Notes: a model not told the origin generated them from the sequence alone. A stretch of 64,000 nt of DNA from a virus (IMGVR_UViG_3300031576_000015:29996-93995), one strand, 5' to 3'; numbered from the stretch's first letter, positions 1-10,693 are shown. Translations and numbers: made by a program.

Positions 1-213
1 CAAAGAGACGGTCCCGGAGAGCCCGTAGGATCTCGTTACTCGAAGCCATGTGCGCGGAGATCTGGTTCAGGGTCCCTTGGTCTTCTTTCATATGGTTAAC
101 CAATCCCTTATACAAGAGCTTCTGGTCGGAAAAAATACGCTTGATAATCCAGGTCAAGAGTCCGAGGACGCCGACGGCTAAATAGATGGCTAGAGCTTCT
201 ATATTAGTGGGCA
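1..213 (-). CDS. small membrane protein, partial because the ORF runs off the window edge
   Basis: ATG at 213 (MPTNIEALAIYLAVGVLGLLTWII...), N-terminal hydrophobic helix; no stop before position 1. Confidence 0.4.
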
Positions 214-831
214 TTAGTCTTTCCTCACAAGCACGGTGATCCATCGTGGCATAGCATCTTTGACAATTTCCACCCTACCGTACGGTCTAGCCCAGGCTTC
301 GAGGAGGACAGGGTTCCCGTAGTATTGGTGGGGATATGGATTGGGATGGGCGTGGGATTGTACGTTGAATCCGAACCCGCGCCGAGACGTCTCATCCATG
401 TCCTTCAGTACATCCCGAATGTGCTCCTCCCATTCCTCATAGGAAGAGGATTTTGGCATAGCACTGAAGATGGCGGCGGCAGTGGTGTAGTCGGCCGGGT
501 ATAGACAATGATTAGCCACAAAGAACCTGACATTGGGTGCCTGCCACCGTTTTTTAGCCACCTCGATTAGACGCGGAGCGATATCATAGCCATTGTAATA
601 GTCTAGGCGGCCGGCTATGAACCCGGCGAACTCACCAAACCCGCAACCCAGATCATTGACTGAGACTAGGCCCTCCTGTGGAAACAACTGGGCCAGATAG
701 CCAAACATTTCTAGCTGCTGTTCTCGGCTCTTCCAGCTCATGGCCCGGGCAGGGCCCTTCAGGTCTATGAGGCAGGCAGCACTGTCGAAGAAGTCAACTA
801 CTTCTTGTTCCTTATTGATTGGCAAGGGCAT
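214..831 (-). CDS. class I SAM-dependent methyltransferase
   Basis: 205-aa ORF with Rossmann motif I 'DLGCGFGEF'. Confidence 0.65.
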   Translation of the reverse strand: MPLPINKEQEVVDFFDSAACLIDLKGPARAMSWKSREQQLEMFGYLAQLFPQEGLVSVNDLGCGFGEFAGFIAGRLDYYNGYDIAPRLIEVAKKRWQAPNVRFFVANHCLYPADYTTAAAIFSAMPKSSSYEEWEEHIRDVLKDMDETSRRGFGFNVQSHAHPNPYPHQYYGNPVLLEAWARPYGRVEIVKDAMPRWITVLVRKD

Positions 832-1879
832 AAGCGGCCTTCCCTAGAGAGGTGTTGGGGCCCAGCGCCTCGGCGATATCCAGCCAGTCTTGTCTCAGAT
901 CGAGGGCACGGCGGCTTAATGGGGCTGGCCCACGCGTGTACTGGAAGGTGCAGGCTAGCTTCCCAAAGCCCATCATGTCATCTAGCAGTTCTGCCTCGGT
1001 GACCTTCTCATACACTGGCATTTTGTCTAGGACACCCAAAGCCTTGAATAGCATCATGCTACGTACGCACTTTTCACAGTGGGAGCAGTTGGCTAGTGAA
1101 CCCACATCTGTCTGCCCACAATGGCGCAGGGTTCCGGCGACTAGGGTCCATTGTTCATGCTTTGTCAGCCATTCAGCCTTCTTTAGGCGGCTGATGTGGC
1201 GCCCATACTGTTCTATCTGCAGCTTTTCATGCCCCCATAAGGCAAACTCTTCGTCAGAGAACGGACTGGTGATGCTATAGATGATTCGATCGAATCTGGG
1301 GGATAGGTGATGGGCCGTACTTATCATGGTCCCTATATGTATGAACTTGTGCGGTACGATGTTCATGTTATGTCGATCATCCCAGTTGTGGGAGATACTT
1401 ATGACAGGACGACCCAGTGCATGCCCAATGTCGCGTATGATCCCTGGAGAGCCGGTCTCCCGTTGGCTCAGGCTAGGACTATTGATGATGGCATCCACTC
1501 GATCCAAGTTCTCTAATAGGGCATGCCAGGAATCCAACCCTGCACTGAACATGACCCCGGTGTAACCTAGGGATTCGATAGGTGTGATAGGTATGGCTTC
1601 GATCTCAATGTGTCCGGTCTTTAGGTGTGGATAGATATGGGGATATACCTCGTCCTGCAGTCGATACAGGTTCTTTAGGAGACCGGCGGATATTAGCTCC
1701 TGCACCTCAATGTTCTGCCCGCTGATGAGACTGGGCGCGAACATGGATGCCAGGAAGGCGTCCGCTGTGTGGTTTACCAGGCCCCCATCCGAAACGGTGT
1801 AAAGTACCGTTTCCCGTATTGGAACCCCATCATGCAAAACCTTGGCCCTACCGTATGTTTGCAAGGAGATATGAATCAT
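812..1879 (-). CDS. hypothetical protein, possible PP-loop ATP-pyrophosphatase fold
   Basis: 355-aa ORF; 'FSAGLDSW' resembles the SGGxDS PP-loop; CxxC pair near C-terminus. Confidence 0.35.
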   Translation of the reverse strand: MIHISLQTYGRAKVLHDGVPIRETVLYTVSDGGLVNHTADAFLASMFAPSLISGQNIEVQELISAGLLKNLYRLQDEVYPHIYPHLKTGHIEIEAIPITPIESLGYTGVMFSAGLDSWHALLENLDRVDAIINSPSLSQRETGSPGIIRDIGHALGRPVISISHNWDDRHNMNIVPHKFIHIGTMISTAHHLSPRFDRIIYSITSPFSDEEFALWGHEKLQIEQYGRHISRLKKAEWLTKHEQWTLVAGTLRHCGQTDVGSLANCSHCEKCVRSMMLFKALGVLDKMPVYEKVTEAELLDDMMGFGKLACTFQYTRGPAPLSRRALDLRQDWLDIAEALGPNTSLGKAAYALANQ

Positions 1880-3630
1880 TAGGCAACCACAAAAGCGGCG
1901 TTTTTCTCTAGATTCTTGATACTACCAGTGTAAGTACCATCCCATTCGGATGGGGCCGGGCCCCGTTTCTTAACGGAGCCTCCGGGACCGCCCGAAGCAT
2001 CGAATGTACCGGAGATGACCCGGTTGCGGCTTCGCATTCGTAGGAGCATTCCACCCCCGCATCCTGCTCCACCCTGGCCTCCGTTTCCTCCTAGGCCGCC
2101 GTCAGTGTGAATGGATGTACCACCATCACCGCCACTACCCCCATCGCCATTAGCGGAGCCTGCCGCCCCACCACTACCCCCTGTGCCACCAGTCCTGGAT
2201 GGGTCTGAGACATCAGCTGTGCAACCTGCGGTTCCACCAACACCCCCAGAACCACCGGCACTACCGCCGAGGGCGCCTTTGATATTGACAGTACCGGTCA
2301 TTTTGAAGTTTATGGCACACAGGAAAACGGGTGCGCCGCCGTGGCCACCGCCTTCTCCACCCCCACCACCACCACCAGGACTTCCACAATATTCGACGTT
2401 CCCTGTTTCCTTGTCACCGTGGTCATGGGTATGGGATGCAGCACCAGCTCCAGAACCTCCGCCGGCACCTCCGCCACCACCCCCGGTTCGTAGGTGGTCA
2501 TCATCCGTAGTATCGTTGTTAACAGCCGGGTTGTTATAACCACCACCGCCGCCAGTTCCGCCTACACTACCCGCACCCCCGGTTGAAGTACCGCTCCCAG
2601 AACCCGTGCTGCCTGTTCCACCCGGGGATCCGCCTGCGCCACCACTGCCGCCGGTTCCGCCTGGGCCCCCCGTACCAGCATTTCCAACTACTCCAACAGC
2701 CCCATTATTGGCTGTACCGGGCAATCCGGCGTCTTTAGTGCCACCGGCGCCACCAGCGCCACCAGCGCCACCGGCCAGACCCTGGTAATTGCCATCTATG
2801 ATCCCAACTATCTCGATCTCGACGGCATCGATGGCCAGGAACTTCCCGTTAACCTGGCTATCAACAGTGATTGTTATACCCGAGTTAACCTTGAACTTGC
2901 GGACGTTATAGTCCAGGCCCCTACGTGTTTCGTTGGCCGAGATGGTTATGTCGGCATCGAGACCGTCGCGCCATGGGGCTTCCCGGATCTCAATGGCTAC
3001 GCCTACTATGTCGGCCGCTGCCACGACTGACGCATCGACTGTTGTGTCATTGGCTGCATTGAACTCAGCCATGTGACGCATGGCCGCCTCGGTAGCGAAA
3101 TCGGCCAGTTCAGTGAAGCCGACCCCTTCAGTGAAGATCTGGGAGTTGTTCTGACCGAAGAATCCTAGGGTGGCGTTGTTGGCATTTTCGAAGGCTGCAA
3201 GTGTGACAGTCAGGGAGGTGACGGACGCTGCTTGGTTGACTACGGCTTGTACCACGGCATCGGATGCCGCAAGCCCGGTGAAGCGCAGGCCCCGTAGTTC
3301 TACTACAATCCAGGAGGCCTGTATCTGGGTCTGTGCACTGAAGTCGATGGTAACTGCCCCTGGCGCGGGACGGGATCCCGACCAGGCTCGCAAGACGGTC
3401 AACTTCATAGTGCCCTGGAAGGCCTCACCCGGTGAGATCGGTTGCCAGCCCCCACCACTTTCTATCGGTCCTCCCGATAGGGTAGGGATATTGGGTACGC
3501 CAGAGGCTACACGGCTTAGGACTGCAATGAACAAGACAGACCAATTCCGCCCGACGAATGTTGCCGTCGTGAACGAGGTAGCGTCCGTACCACTCCCCGT
3601 GGCTACGATTGCGGTGGCAGTGACGGCCAT
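1879..3630 (-). CDS. glycine-rich tail-fibre-like structural protein
   Basis: 583-aa ORF with long GGxGG / collagen-like Gly runs, upstream of the tail-fibre gene. Confidence 0.5.
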   Translation of the reverse strand: MAVTATAIVATGSGTDATSFTTATFVGRNWSVLFIAVLSRVASGVPNIPTLSGGPIESGGGWQPISPGEAFQGTMKLTVLRAWSGSRPAPGAVTIDFSAQTQIQASWIVVELRGLRFTGLAASDAVVQAVVNQAASVTSLTVTLAAFENANNATLGFFGQNNSQIFTEGVGFTELADFATEAAMRHMAEFNAANDTTVDASVVAAADIVGVAIEIREAPWRDGLDADITISANETRRGLDYNVRKFKVNSGITITVDSQVNGKFLAIDAVEIEIVGIIDGNYQGLAGGAGGAGGAGGTKDAGLPGTANNGAVGVVGNAGTGGPGGTGGSGGAGGSPGGTGSTGSGSGTSTGGAGSVGGTGGGGGYNNPAVNNDTTDDDHLRTGGGGGGAGGGSGAGAASHTHDHGDKETGNVEYCGSPGGGGGGGEGGGHGGAPVFLCAINFKMTGTVNIKGALGGSAGGSGGVGGTAGCTADVSDPSRTGGTGGSGGAAGSANGDGGSGGDGGTSIHTDGGLGGNGGQGGAGCGGGMLLRMRSRNRVISGTFDASGGPGGSVKKRGPAPSEWDGTYTGSIKNLEKNAAFVVA

Positions 3631-3633
3631 GTC

Positions 3634-5058
3634 TTAGTTGTGCAAGGTGACCATCAAGTCGTTTCCTCCTGGTGTGGTGGATCCGACCTGGGTTATGTCA
3701 AGTGAGATTCGGTCTCCGGCCACTACTGCTATTGAGATGGACGAGGAAGCGGAGTTGCTGCCGGCTGTAATGCTGAATGTGCCTTGGGAGACACCGTTCT
3801 TGTTGATGCGGACTATCAAGTCGGCGCCGGCTGGAGCCGTGTCAGCGTATAGTCGGATGGTGGTAAAGGTAAGGGCTGCCCCAATCAGGGCCTGGGCCAA
3901 CTTGTTGGCGACCTGGGCGTTACCCTGCACGAAGAAACGCAGGTCCATGCCTGTTATGAGGTCATTGAAGGCCCCCGCATTCAGGGAGATCTTGACCTTG
4001 TCGGCCGTGCTGTCATAATAGATGCGCCCGGCGTCGACAGCCGAGACTGCCGGTGCGGCTATGCCAATAATATCTAGAAAGCTAGCCAGTCTGGCATTGG
4101 ACTGCATATCCAGATTGGTGACGCCCACATCAAAGCCGGAGGCCGGAGCCGAGGCGGCGCGGAGCCGTATGGAGGCGGAACCCGCACCAAGAATCAGCTG
4201 GTTCGTGGTGTTGACATCTACAGCCGTGATGTCGGAAACATCGGCCGCATTGCGAACCTTGATTGTCGAGGCGTTGGCCAGGCGAATGGTACCGTCCGAG
4301 GCCGGGCTGGTGCCAATCCTGATACCGGTACCAACATAGACACTACGCACACGAAGGGCACTGGTACCGATGTCAATGCTATTGTCCGGGCTGTAACTTT
4401 GGGCGCCTGTAATTGTGGCAGTGCCAATGGTCTTGTTGGTAAGAGTCTGGGTAGCTGTTAGCAGGACGAATGTATCTGCCGTACCGCCTGGGACTATATG
4501 GGCGCTCGAGCCGAGGACTACCTGGTCCGATGCGTTGACGGCGGCTATGATTATGTCAGCCGCGTCGGCAGCATTCCGTGCTGCTATGTTTTGGGCATTG
4601 GGTATACGTATGATCCCGGCTGAGGCCGGGGTAGCCCCAAGACGCAAAGCACCGGACTTCTCGAAGGAAGCCCGGTGAGCACCTCCGATGCGGTACTCGA
4701 CAAACTTCGAGGCGGCCGCTGAGGCGGTATCCGTTATATCGATCAGAGCGCCAATGAATGTAACAGCGCCAGCATTCCAGGTAGACGAGAAGTTCAGGAA
4801 CTTGGTATCAGCTGTGATGGCGCCCTGGGCGATCTCGATGGTTCGGGTGGCCCAGAAGTCACGCCACTTCTTGGTGGAACTGCCGATATCACGGTTGTCC
4901 GGTGTGGACTCCGGGATCAGATTGTGCTCCAGGCCGTTTATCAGGCCAGTTTCTATGGCATTGACTTCGTCCTGCAGGTCGTTGGCGTGGCTGGCCTGGA
5001 TGACATCGCCTGTATTCCTAGTTATGAAAGACTTTATAGAGGTTGGGTAGGACGCCAT
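3634..5058 (-). CDS. tail fibre protein
   Basis: 474-aa ORF; N-term 'HANDLQDEVNAIETGL' is typical of tail fibres; repeated 'IRLANASTIKVRNAADVSDI'-type beta-repeat units. Confidence 0.6.
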   Translation of the reverse strand: MASYPTSIKSFITRNTGDVIQASHANDLQDEVNAIETGLINGLEHNLIPESTPDNRDIGSSTKKWRDFWATRTIEIAQGAITADTKFLNFSSTWNAGAVTFIGALIDITDTASAAASKFVEYRIGGAHRASFEKSGALRLGATPASAGIIRIPNAQNIAARNAADAADIIIAAVNASDQVVLGSSAHIVPGGTADTFVLLTATQTLTNKTIGTATITGAQSYSPDNSIDIGTSALRVRSVYVGTGIRIGTSPASDGTIRLANASTIKVRNAADVSDITAVDVNTTNQLILGAGSASIRLRAASAPASGFDVGVTNLDMQSNARLASFLDIIGIAAPAVSAVDAGRIYYDSTADKVKISLNAGAFNDLITGMDLRFFVQGNAQVANKLAQALIGAALTFTTIRLYADTAPAGADLIVRINKNGVSQGTFSITAGSNSASSSISIAVVAGDRISLDITQVGSTTPGGNDLMVTLHN

Positions 5059-7121
5059 TAGCGAATCCTCAGGTTCGGCTGGACTCTATACGAGATCTCA
5101 ATACTGTAGATCTTAATGGGCTTGAGGGCGTTGCTTTCGATGGCTACCTCCAGATACCGTCCAAACATGCGATAGGCAAACGAGTTGGCCACTCGTACGA
5201 TACCAGGGCCTCCGTATACCGAGGTGCCGTAGATTCCGGTGCCGTAGGTGGGTAGGACTGAACTAGACGGAATGGTGAAGGATTGGGATGTGGAATCATC
5301 CAGCTCGACAGCCAGAGCGATGACATCCTCATTCGGGGAAGCCCAAAATAGAATGTGCCGCAGATACTTGGTGAAGTCTATGGTACCTAGTATGTACGCC
5401 TTAGAGGCCCACTTGCACAACATGGTGGCGCCATCGGCACTATTGCCGCTATCTTCCTGATATAAAAAGCCTGCGGTGGGGCTGGCGCTGAACAGCTCGC
5501 CTTTGTCCCCTGGCCCCTCGAGATGATGGTAGTACTCTATGGTGCGATCAGTTAGGAACCAGGCATTATTCCGTAGGTCGTAGCAGTACTCTCTGTTGGA
5601 TGTAGTGGCTCCCGCATCCACCGTTGTGTTGACAACAGCTAGGCGATAAACCTTACGTTTATCGTGATAACCGGCAGCCGCGTCGTCGAGATAGGCTGTG
5701 CCGATTTCCCTGATCAGTGGATCTATGTCGTCCGAGATCAAGCGGCTAACAGCCCCATCGAAGGCGTATACTCCGAATCGGGATAGATAGAGGTGGGCGT
5801 TCTCCACGACCTGTATAGTTCTGTCACTCTCGGTTCCTGTCTGGGCGAAGGACCGCTTGACTGTGAAGTCAAATGGCGTTTCGCCAATGACCAAGAAGGG
5901 TGTGTTATGGCCATAGACTATAAGCACGTCGCCCAAGACCTTCAGACCGGTGATTTCATCACCGGGGGTCATGGGGATGTCAACGAAGAAGGTGGCCGGC
6001 CAGGCTTCTGGCTCGAAGAACTCGCTGAAGAACAGGCGGCGGGGATTGGTTGTTTGCCCAGCCAACCAAAGGCGATTCTTGAAGTGCTCTATATACTTGG
6101 TGATGGGCGGCGGATCCTTGTCGATGGGGATATCCGCCCCTAAGCTGGCATCCGCCACATTGTCAGTAAATGTGGTATCTACATTGTTAGTGATATCGCC
6201 CACGAACTTCCAGTCCGACCCACTAGCCAGAGTGCGGTAAATCCTCCGTTTGGTGACGGATGGATTAGATGAGACAGTGATGCCGGTTAGGCTGGCCTGG
6301 CGGTTGGTGAGGGATAGGGACCCTGTGACTGGGGATCCGTTGGACTCTACAGTGGGAGTGACGTATGTGTATTTCCAGGTGTAGGCACCGTTCAGGTTAC
6401 CGACACCACCATCAACGGCCGTCAAGGCTGTTGTCGGTGCTACTATGCCCATGAGGGTCAAGTAGGACCATGTGGCAGTAAAGGTGGCACCGGTGCCAGT
6501 ACCGCCGGTTACACTGACCGGGTTGGTGGGCAGGGCTGTGTAGGAGCCCGGGGTCAGGATGACCACAGTAGCAACTGCACCGCCACCTCCCAAGGTTGCT
6601 ACCCTTACTTGAGCTGCCGTGGTGAACGTACCACCCACAAAAGTGAGCACGTCATTGACTAGATAGCCACTACCTCCCGCACTGACTGCAACGGTCGTCA
6701 GATAGGCCGCGCCGTCCCACTTGCGGTTGGAGTCCACATTGTTCAACATGAACAGAAAGTTGCGGTTGATCTTCATCCGCCACTTAGCTGTCGCGTCGAA
6801 GCCGGTACCTATCTCATCAAAGGTCTTGGGGCCATCATTGCCCTTGTAGATCTTGCCGTTGTGGGCTTCTACGAACTGTGGGGATGCGCCATCTTTATAG
6901 TAGCGTTCCCCACCTAGCATCTTTGAGGCACCCAACGAAGTGACATTCCACTTCGCGAACCCCGTCAGCTTGGTAAGGGCACCCCGCTCATCGAAAGTGA
7001 AATTGAAAATGTCCTGGCACTGGTCATCTGCTATCAGGAACTTGCTTACCCGACGATTGACGCCGGAGAAGCGGGCCAGCTGAAACAGCAGTAGCCCAGA
7101 CCCGGTTCGGTCCTCAGGCAT
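5058..7121 (-). CDS. large tail or baseplate structural protein
   Basis: 687-aa ORF in the structural block; Thr/Gly-rich beta-like segments. Confidence 0.45.
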   Translation of the reverse strand: MPEDRTGSGLLLFQLARFSGVNRRVSKFLIADDQCQDIFNFTFDERGALTKLTGFAKWNVTSLGASKMLGGERYYKDGASPQFVEAHNGKIYKGNDGPKTFDEIGTGFDATAKWRMKINRNFLFMLNNVDSNRKWDGAAYLTTVAVSAGGSGYLVNDVLTFVGGTFTTAAQVRVATLGGGGAVATVVILTPGSYTALPTNPVSVTGGTGTGATFTATWSYLTLMGIVAPTTALTAVDGGVGNLNGAYTWKYTYVTPTVESNGSPVTGSLSLTNRQASLTGITVSSNPSVTKRRIYRTLASGSDWKFVGDITNNVDTTFTDNVADASLGADIPIDKDPPPITKYIEHFKNRLWLAGQTTNPRRLFFSEFFEPEAWPATFFVDIPMTPGDEITGLKVLGDVLIVYGHNTPFLVIGETPFDFTVKRSFAQTGTESDRTIQVVENAHLYLSRFGVYAFDGAVSRLISDDIDPLIREIGTAYLDDAAAGYHDKRKVYRLAVVNTTVDAGATTSNREYCYDLRNNAWFLTDRTIEYYHHLEGPGDKGELFSASPTAGFLYQEDSGNSADGATMLCKWASKAYILGTIDFTKYLRHILFWASPNEDVIALAVELDDSTSQSFTIPSSSVLPTYGTGIYGTSVYGGPGIVRVANSFAYRMFGRYLEVAIESNALKPIKIYSIEISYRVQPNLRIR

Positions 7122-7130
7122 GTCGGCCTC

Positions 7131-7751
7131 TTAGGCTAGGCGTCGTGTTCGAATTTCTTCCAGGATGCCTGCGTAGTTTGGATCCGTCAGAACGCCTGGG
7201 GCGTTGAAGGGACCCCTATCTATGTTGAAGGTTGGGCTGCCGTTGTCCGTACCTATAGATTCCGGCCCACCGGGCATATCAAGCAGAGAAGGGCCTGCAA
7301 CTGGCGGTAGTGCTTCCGTTGGAGATAGGGGCAAAGGTGGTGCTGGCTGCTGGGCCAGGCCAAATTGTGGTGTTTGTGGTGGTGCAGGTGGGCCGAATGA
7401 ACCTACCGGCTCGTTTGTACCCAAAAGAGCGCTGGCTAGGCCGGCTAGGGCCCCACGCTGGGCAGTACGGCCCTCAGGCCCTGCCAGGAGCGGTGTGGGC
7501 TTGGGTAGGACACCGCCGGTCCTTGGAGCTGGTAGTCGGATGCTCTGTCCGAAAGGCGCCACGGCCCTGGCCTGCTGCAGGAGGCGTTGTTCATCCTCCG
7601 GGGCGGCCCCGATGGGGCTAAATGTCTTACCTGGAATTCCTGGTATAGCCATAGGTCTGTCCTCTCGACGGGGTTCTAGTTGCCCGGGGCCGCGTTGCGC
7701 CATAAGCGCACTAAGGACGGCTTCCCGGATTTCAGGTGGTAGGTACGGCAT
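7131..7751 (-). CDS. proline-rich hypothetical protein
   Basis: 206-aa ORF in the structural block. Confidence 0.4.
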   Translation of the reverse strand: MPYLPPEIREAVLSALMAQRGPGQLEPRREDRPMAIPGIPGKTFSPIGAAPEDEQRLLQQARAVAPFGQSIRLPAPRTGGVLPKPTPLLAGPEGRTAQRGALAGLASALLGTNEPVGSFGPPAPPQTPQFGLAQQPAPPLPLSPTEALPPVAGPSLLDMPGGPESIGTDNGSPTFNIDRGPFNAPGVLTDPNYAGILEEIRTRRLA

Positions 7752-7998
7752 CTGATTCCTCTATCGTTTTGGTGTGTTCCCGTTCAGGTAATCTTTGCAC
7801 CCAACTGTCTACTGGGAGTGCATATGGCTCCTTCACATCGATGATCATTTTGGCAGCCATCTCTCCCCCAGCCGGGTCTATGCGGGCATACTTGCACCCG
7901 CAGAATGGGCATTGGATGTCCACTGCCGCGACCGCCACCTCGAAAGGGTGTAGAAATTCGTTGCAGAGCATCCAAACTGTATCGCCGTAGCGGGCCAT
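7732..7998 (-). CDS. small Cys-containing hypothetical protein
   Basis: 88-aa ORF with CxxC ('CPFCGC'). Confidence 0.35.
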   Translation of the reverse strand: MARYGDTVWMLCNEFLHPFEVAVAAVDIQCPFCGCKYARIDPAGGEMAAKMIIDVKEPYALPVDSWVQRLPEREHTKTIEESDAVPTT

Positions 7999-8057
7999 TA
8001 TAACGTCTCCAATAATGCTTGGATTTGTTCTTTGCGACGTCCTATCGAATGAGGCAC

Positions 8058-8351
8058 TTAGTCCTCCTCGGGCTTGTGGGCTTGTGCCAGATGCTGCCGC
8101 AGGCTGTAACCCGGGCGTTCCTTGTCCGAGAAGTCCTTACCACAGAGATCGCAGACCACGGACGGCTTGACTTCCTTGGGCTGTGCAGCCCTGACCGGTC
8201 CGCTATTTACGACCTCAAGGATGGACTTCTTGGCTAGGTGACGTACCACGTCCTCCGGAAGCTCGCGATATTCATCGGCTTCGAAGGCGTAGACCTGCCC
8301 GGCGTACATACCCTCGACACGTTCCTTGGCATGTATCCAAAGCGTTGCCAT
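8058..8351 (-). CDS. hypothetical protein
   Basis: ATG at 8351 preceded by GAAGGAGGGGAG RBS; the listed upstream extension overlaps the neighbouring gene. Confidence 0.45.
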   Translation of the reverse strand: MATLWIHAKERVEGMYAGQVYAFEADEYRELPEDVVRHLAKKSILEVVNSGPVRAAQPKEVKPSVVCDLCGKDFSDKERPGYSLRQHLAQAHKPEED

Positions 8352-8368
8352 GTTTAGCTCCCCTCCTT

Positions 8369-9031
8369 CTATTCGTCTACGTAATGCACGTACTGGGGTC
8401 CACCACTCTTGCCACGAGTGACGAACGACAGTGCGTTTGTCAGGCGGAAGTTGAATTCTACCTGCCATGCAGATTCGGGGCGCTGGTCGGCACGCAGTGC
8501 CAGGATGGTGGCCCACAAAATGACCAACTCCTGGTATTCTTGTGGTAAGTCCGATGTGTCCGTATCGATGGATAGGATCCTTGGCCGCGAGACGTAATGC
8601 ACTTTGACATTGTTGGTTGCAGAACGGTGGGGCTTGGGCAACAGACCGATCTCGAGTATTGGGTCTGCGCCTGTATAGTCCATATTCCAGTAGTAGAACG
8701 CGGGCTCCCCCGAGAACGGGTAGTCATTGCGGCGACTCTTATCGATCTCCCCCAGATAGAACGGGGATCCAAGATCGGTGATCTCTACCTGCCGGATCTC
8801 GAACGGGTTCACGGAGGCTAGACTGTACTCCTCCTGGTCCAGTACGTACGAGAGCAGTGCGGTCTTCACTCCGATGAAGTCGGGGTTTGCCGCCATGATC
8901 TTCAGGAAGACGATCTCTGAGCCAGCGTTGAGCCAATTGTTGACGGCTGTTGGGGTGAACCAGCCCGTGGACACAATGGGCTCGGCAATATTATCCTGTA
9001 CGCGGTTACGAAGGGTTAGTAGGGTGGACAT
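8369..9031 (-). CDS. hypothetical structural protein
   Basis: 220-aa ORF; its stop sits 18 nt upstream of the next RBS. Confidence 0.45.
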   Translation of the reverse strand: MSTLLTLRNRVQDNIAEPIVSTGWFTPTAVNNWLNAGSEIVFLKIMAANPDFIGVKTALLSYVLDQEEYSLASVNPFEIRQVEITDLGSPFYLGEIDKSRRNDYPFSGEPAFYYWNMDYTGADPILEIGLLPKPHRSATNNVKVHYVSRPRILSIDTDTSDLPQEYQELVILWATILALRADQRPESAWQVEFNFRLTNALSFVTRGKSGGPQYVHYVDE

Positions 9032-9470
9032 CGGGTTTCTCTATCTGTATGGTGTATTTGCGGAACCCTAGCTCACCACGTAGTTCGTCTCGTAGGTGGT
9101 TCCAGTTCTCTTTAGACTGGTAATCGATACGGTCCCGATGCTCCTCATCGAGCTCCTCAGACCGCTTTTGGTTTCGCTCGTCCATCTCTCGGACATATTG
9201 CCGGAAATTTATCCTACGGGTGTCTTTCTCACGCAGGTAATTCAGCAGCCAACCGGATGGGGACATGGGGTGCCCTTCATCGTTCTGGCAGACCAGGATC
9301 TCCATGAGATTGCCGGCCGACACCCGACGCTGTATCTCTGCATCTGTATACTCCACGGCCGGGGTTCCGTATTTTTCTGGCATGCGCAGAAGTACCCAGC
9401 GCCCTCGCCCGGGATCGAAATGAAGCACTAACTGCCGGTCATATTGTCGTATCTGTTTGTAGATCCTCAT
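9006..9470 (-). CDS. hypothetical protein
   Basis: 154-aa ORF. Confidence 0.4.
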   Translation of the reverse strand: MRIYKQIRQYDRQLVLHFDPGRGRWVLLRMPEKYGTPAVEYTDAEIQRRVSAGNLMEILVCQNDEGHPMSPSGWLLNYLREKDTRRINFRQYVREMDERNQKRSEELDEEHRDRIDYQSKENWNHLRDELRGELGFRKYTIQIEKPDVHPTNPS

Positions 9471-9856
9471 TAACGGCGCCGTCCCGCCCTTCGATAGTAG
9501 AGTCCCAGGTATCCGACACCGCCTGCTGTATAGATCAGCTCGGCATTGAATCCAGTTATTGTGTAGGCGCCAGATCCGGCATTGAGTAAACGGGTGGCCA
9601 GGAGTGTAGCGGCCGAACCACTCAAAACATATGTACCTGGACTTGCGACCATCAAGAAATCATGTGTAAGTGTGGCCGCAGACCCACTGATTATATATGC
9701 CCCGGCTCCGGCATTGATCACACGACCCGTAAGAAGTGTAGCGGCAGCGCCACTAATGCTGTAGGAACCTGGCTCCGCATTGAGCTCGACAGCACCGGCA
9801 GCCAAATTGTACGGGATGCGCGAACGTCGGACGTTGGTGGCGAGGCCACGGGGCAT
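9470..9856 (-). CDS. hypothetical structural protein with internal repeats
   Basis: 128-aa ORF with repeated ~22-aa 'SGSAATL...AGAGAY' units. Confidence 0.4.
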   Translation of the reverse strand: MPRGLATNVRRSRIPYNLAAGAVELNAEPGSYSISGAAATLLTGRVINAGAGAYIISGSAATLTHDFLMVASPGTYVLSGSAATLLATRLLNAGSGAYTITGFNAELIYTAGGVGYLGLYYRRAGRRR

Positions 9857-9871
9857 CTTGCTTTCCTACGG

Positions 9872-10360
9872 CTAGGCCGGTTCCGCCCAGATGACCCAGG
9901 GAATTGCGTTTACGTCCGCCGCAAATAACGCCCTGATTCGCAGGAAACGAGAAGCCTTCACTTTTGGACGCACGATTTCGGGGAACCAGATGCTGTAACC
10001 CGTCTGCGGATGGACCTCCCCGCCGTCGAGAATCCGCGAGCCTGTGATTGTCCCCTCCACGGTGGCATTGTAGCCTGTCGCTGCGGTCCCGCCGATGCAG
10101 AGGGACGCCTGGCTGTCGTCAGACCCCCACTCCTCGGGTGTCAACGTCGTCACGGTCGCCGCGACGTCAACGTCGATCAGCGTGAGTTGTCCAGGTGCTG
10201 CCGTGGGTGAAACCCCGTCGAAAGAAACGCCCCAGGCTACGACCCGAAGGTCAGTTGTCGAAGGCGTTGCGACCTGTAGAAGCGTTTTGATTACCGTCCC
10301 CGTCGCGACCTCGACCAGGGCGTGGGAGGCTTTCGGAATAGCTAGGTATAATGCGCCCAT
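9872..10360 (-). CDS. hypothetical structural protein
   Basis: 162-aa ORF. Confidence 0.4.
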   Translation of the reverse strand: MGALYLAIPKASHALVEVATGTVIKTLLQVATPSTTDLRVVAWGVSFDGVSPTAAPGQLTLIDVDVAATVTTLTPEEWGSDDSQASLCIGGTAATGYNATVEGTITGSRILDGGEVHPQTGYSIWFPEIVRPKVKASRFLRIRALFAADVNAIPWVIWAEPA

Positions 10361-10372
10361 TTCAGTCTTCCT

Positions 10373-10693
10373 TTACCATGTAGTGTACGATGCTCGTGTG
10401 GGTGGTCTCTCGGGCATCCTGCGGCGTAGTATCTTGATGAGGGCAACCATCTTCTTAACCGGCCAGGGGATCTTCTTGTCCGTTCCGCCAGTCCAGTTTC
10501 GGGTGAACTGGTTGTCCGCGCCGTCATTATTTGGGCGGAAACGGCCCATGGGCCGATGAGAGTTCCAAGACATTAGCCCCAACATCACCGCGCCATTAGT
10601 ATGAGTATGAGTTATGCCAAGCACATTCTGCCGGATAGCCTGGGTCTCTCTTTGTTCGGTAGTAGCACTAGCGACACTGTGCAACAACAACAT
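10373..10693 (-). CDS. hypothetical protein
   Basis: 106-aa ORF. Confidence 0.3.
   Translation of the reverse strand: MLLLHSVASATTEQRETQAIRQNVLGITHTHTNGAVMLGLMSWNSHRPMGRFRPNNDGADNQFTRNWTGGTDKKIPWPVKKMVALIKILRRRMPERPPTRASYTTW

Noticed and set aside
2111-2788. Pro-rich plus-strand ORFs opposite the Gly-rich gene
   Set aside because: Mirror-strand artefact of the GGN-rich coding sequence (CCN on the opposite strand).
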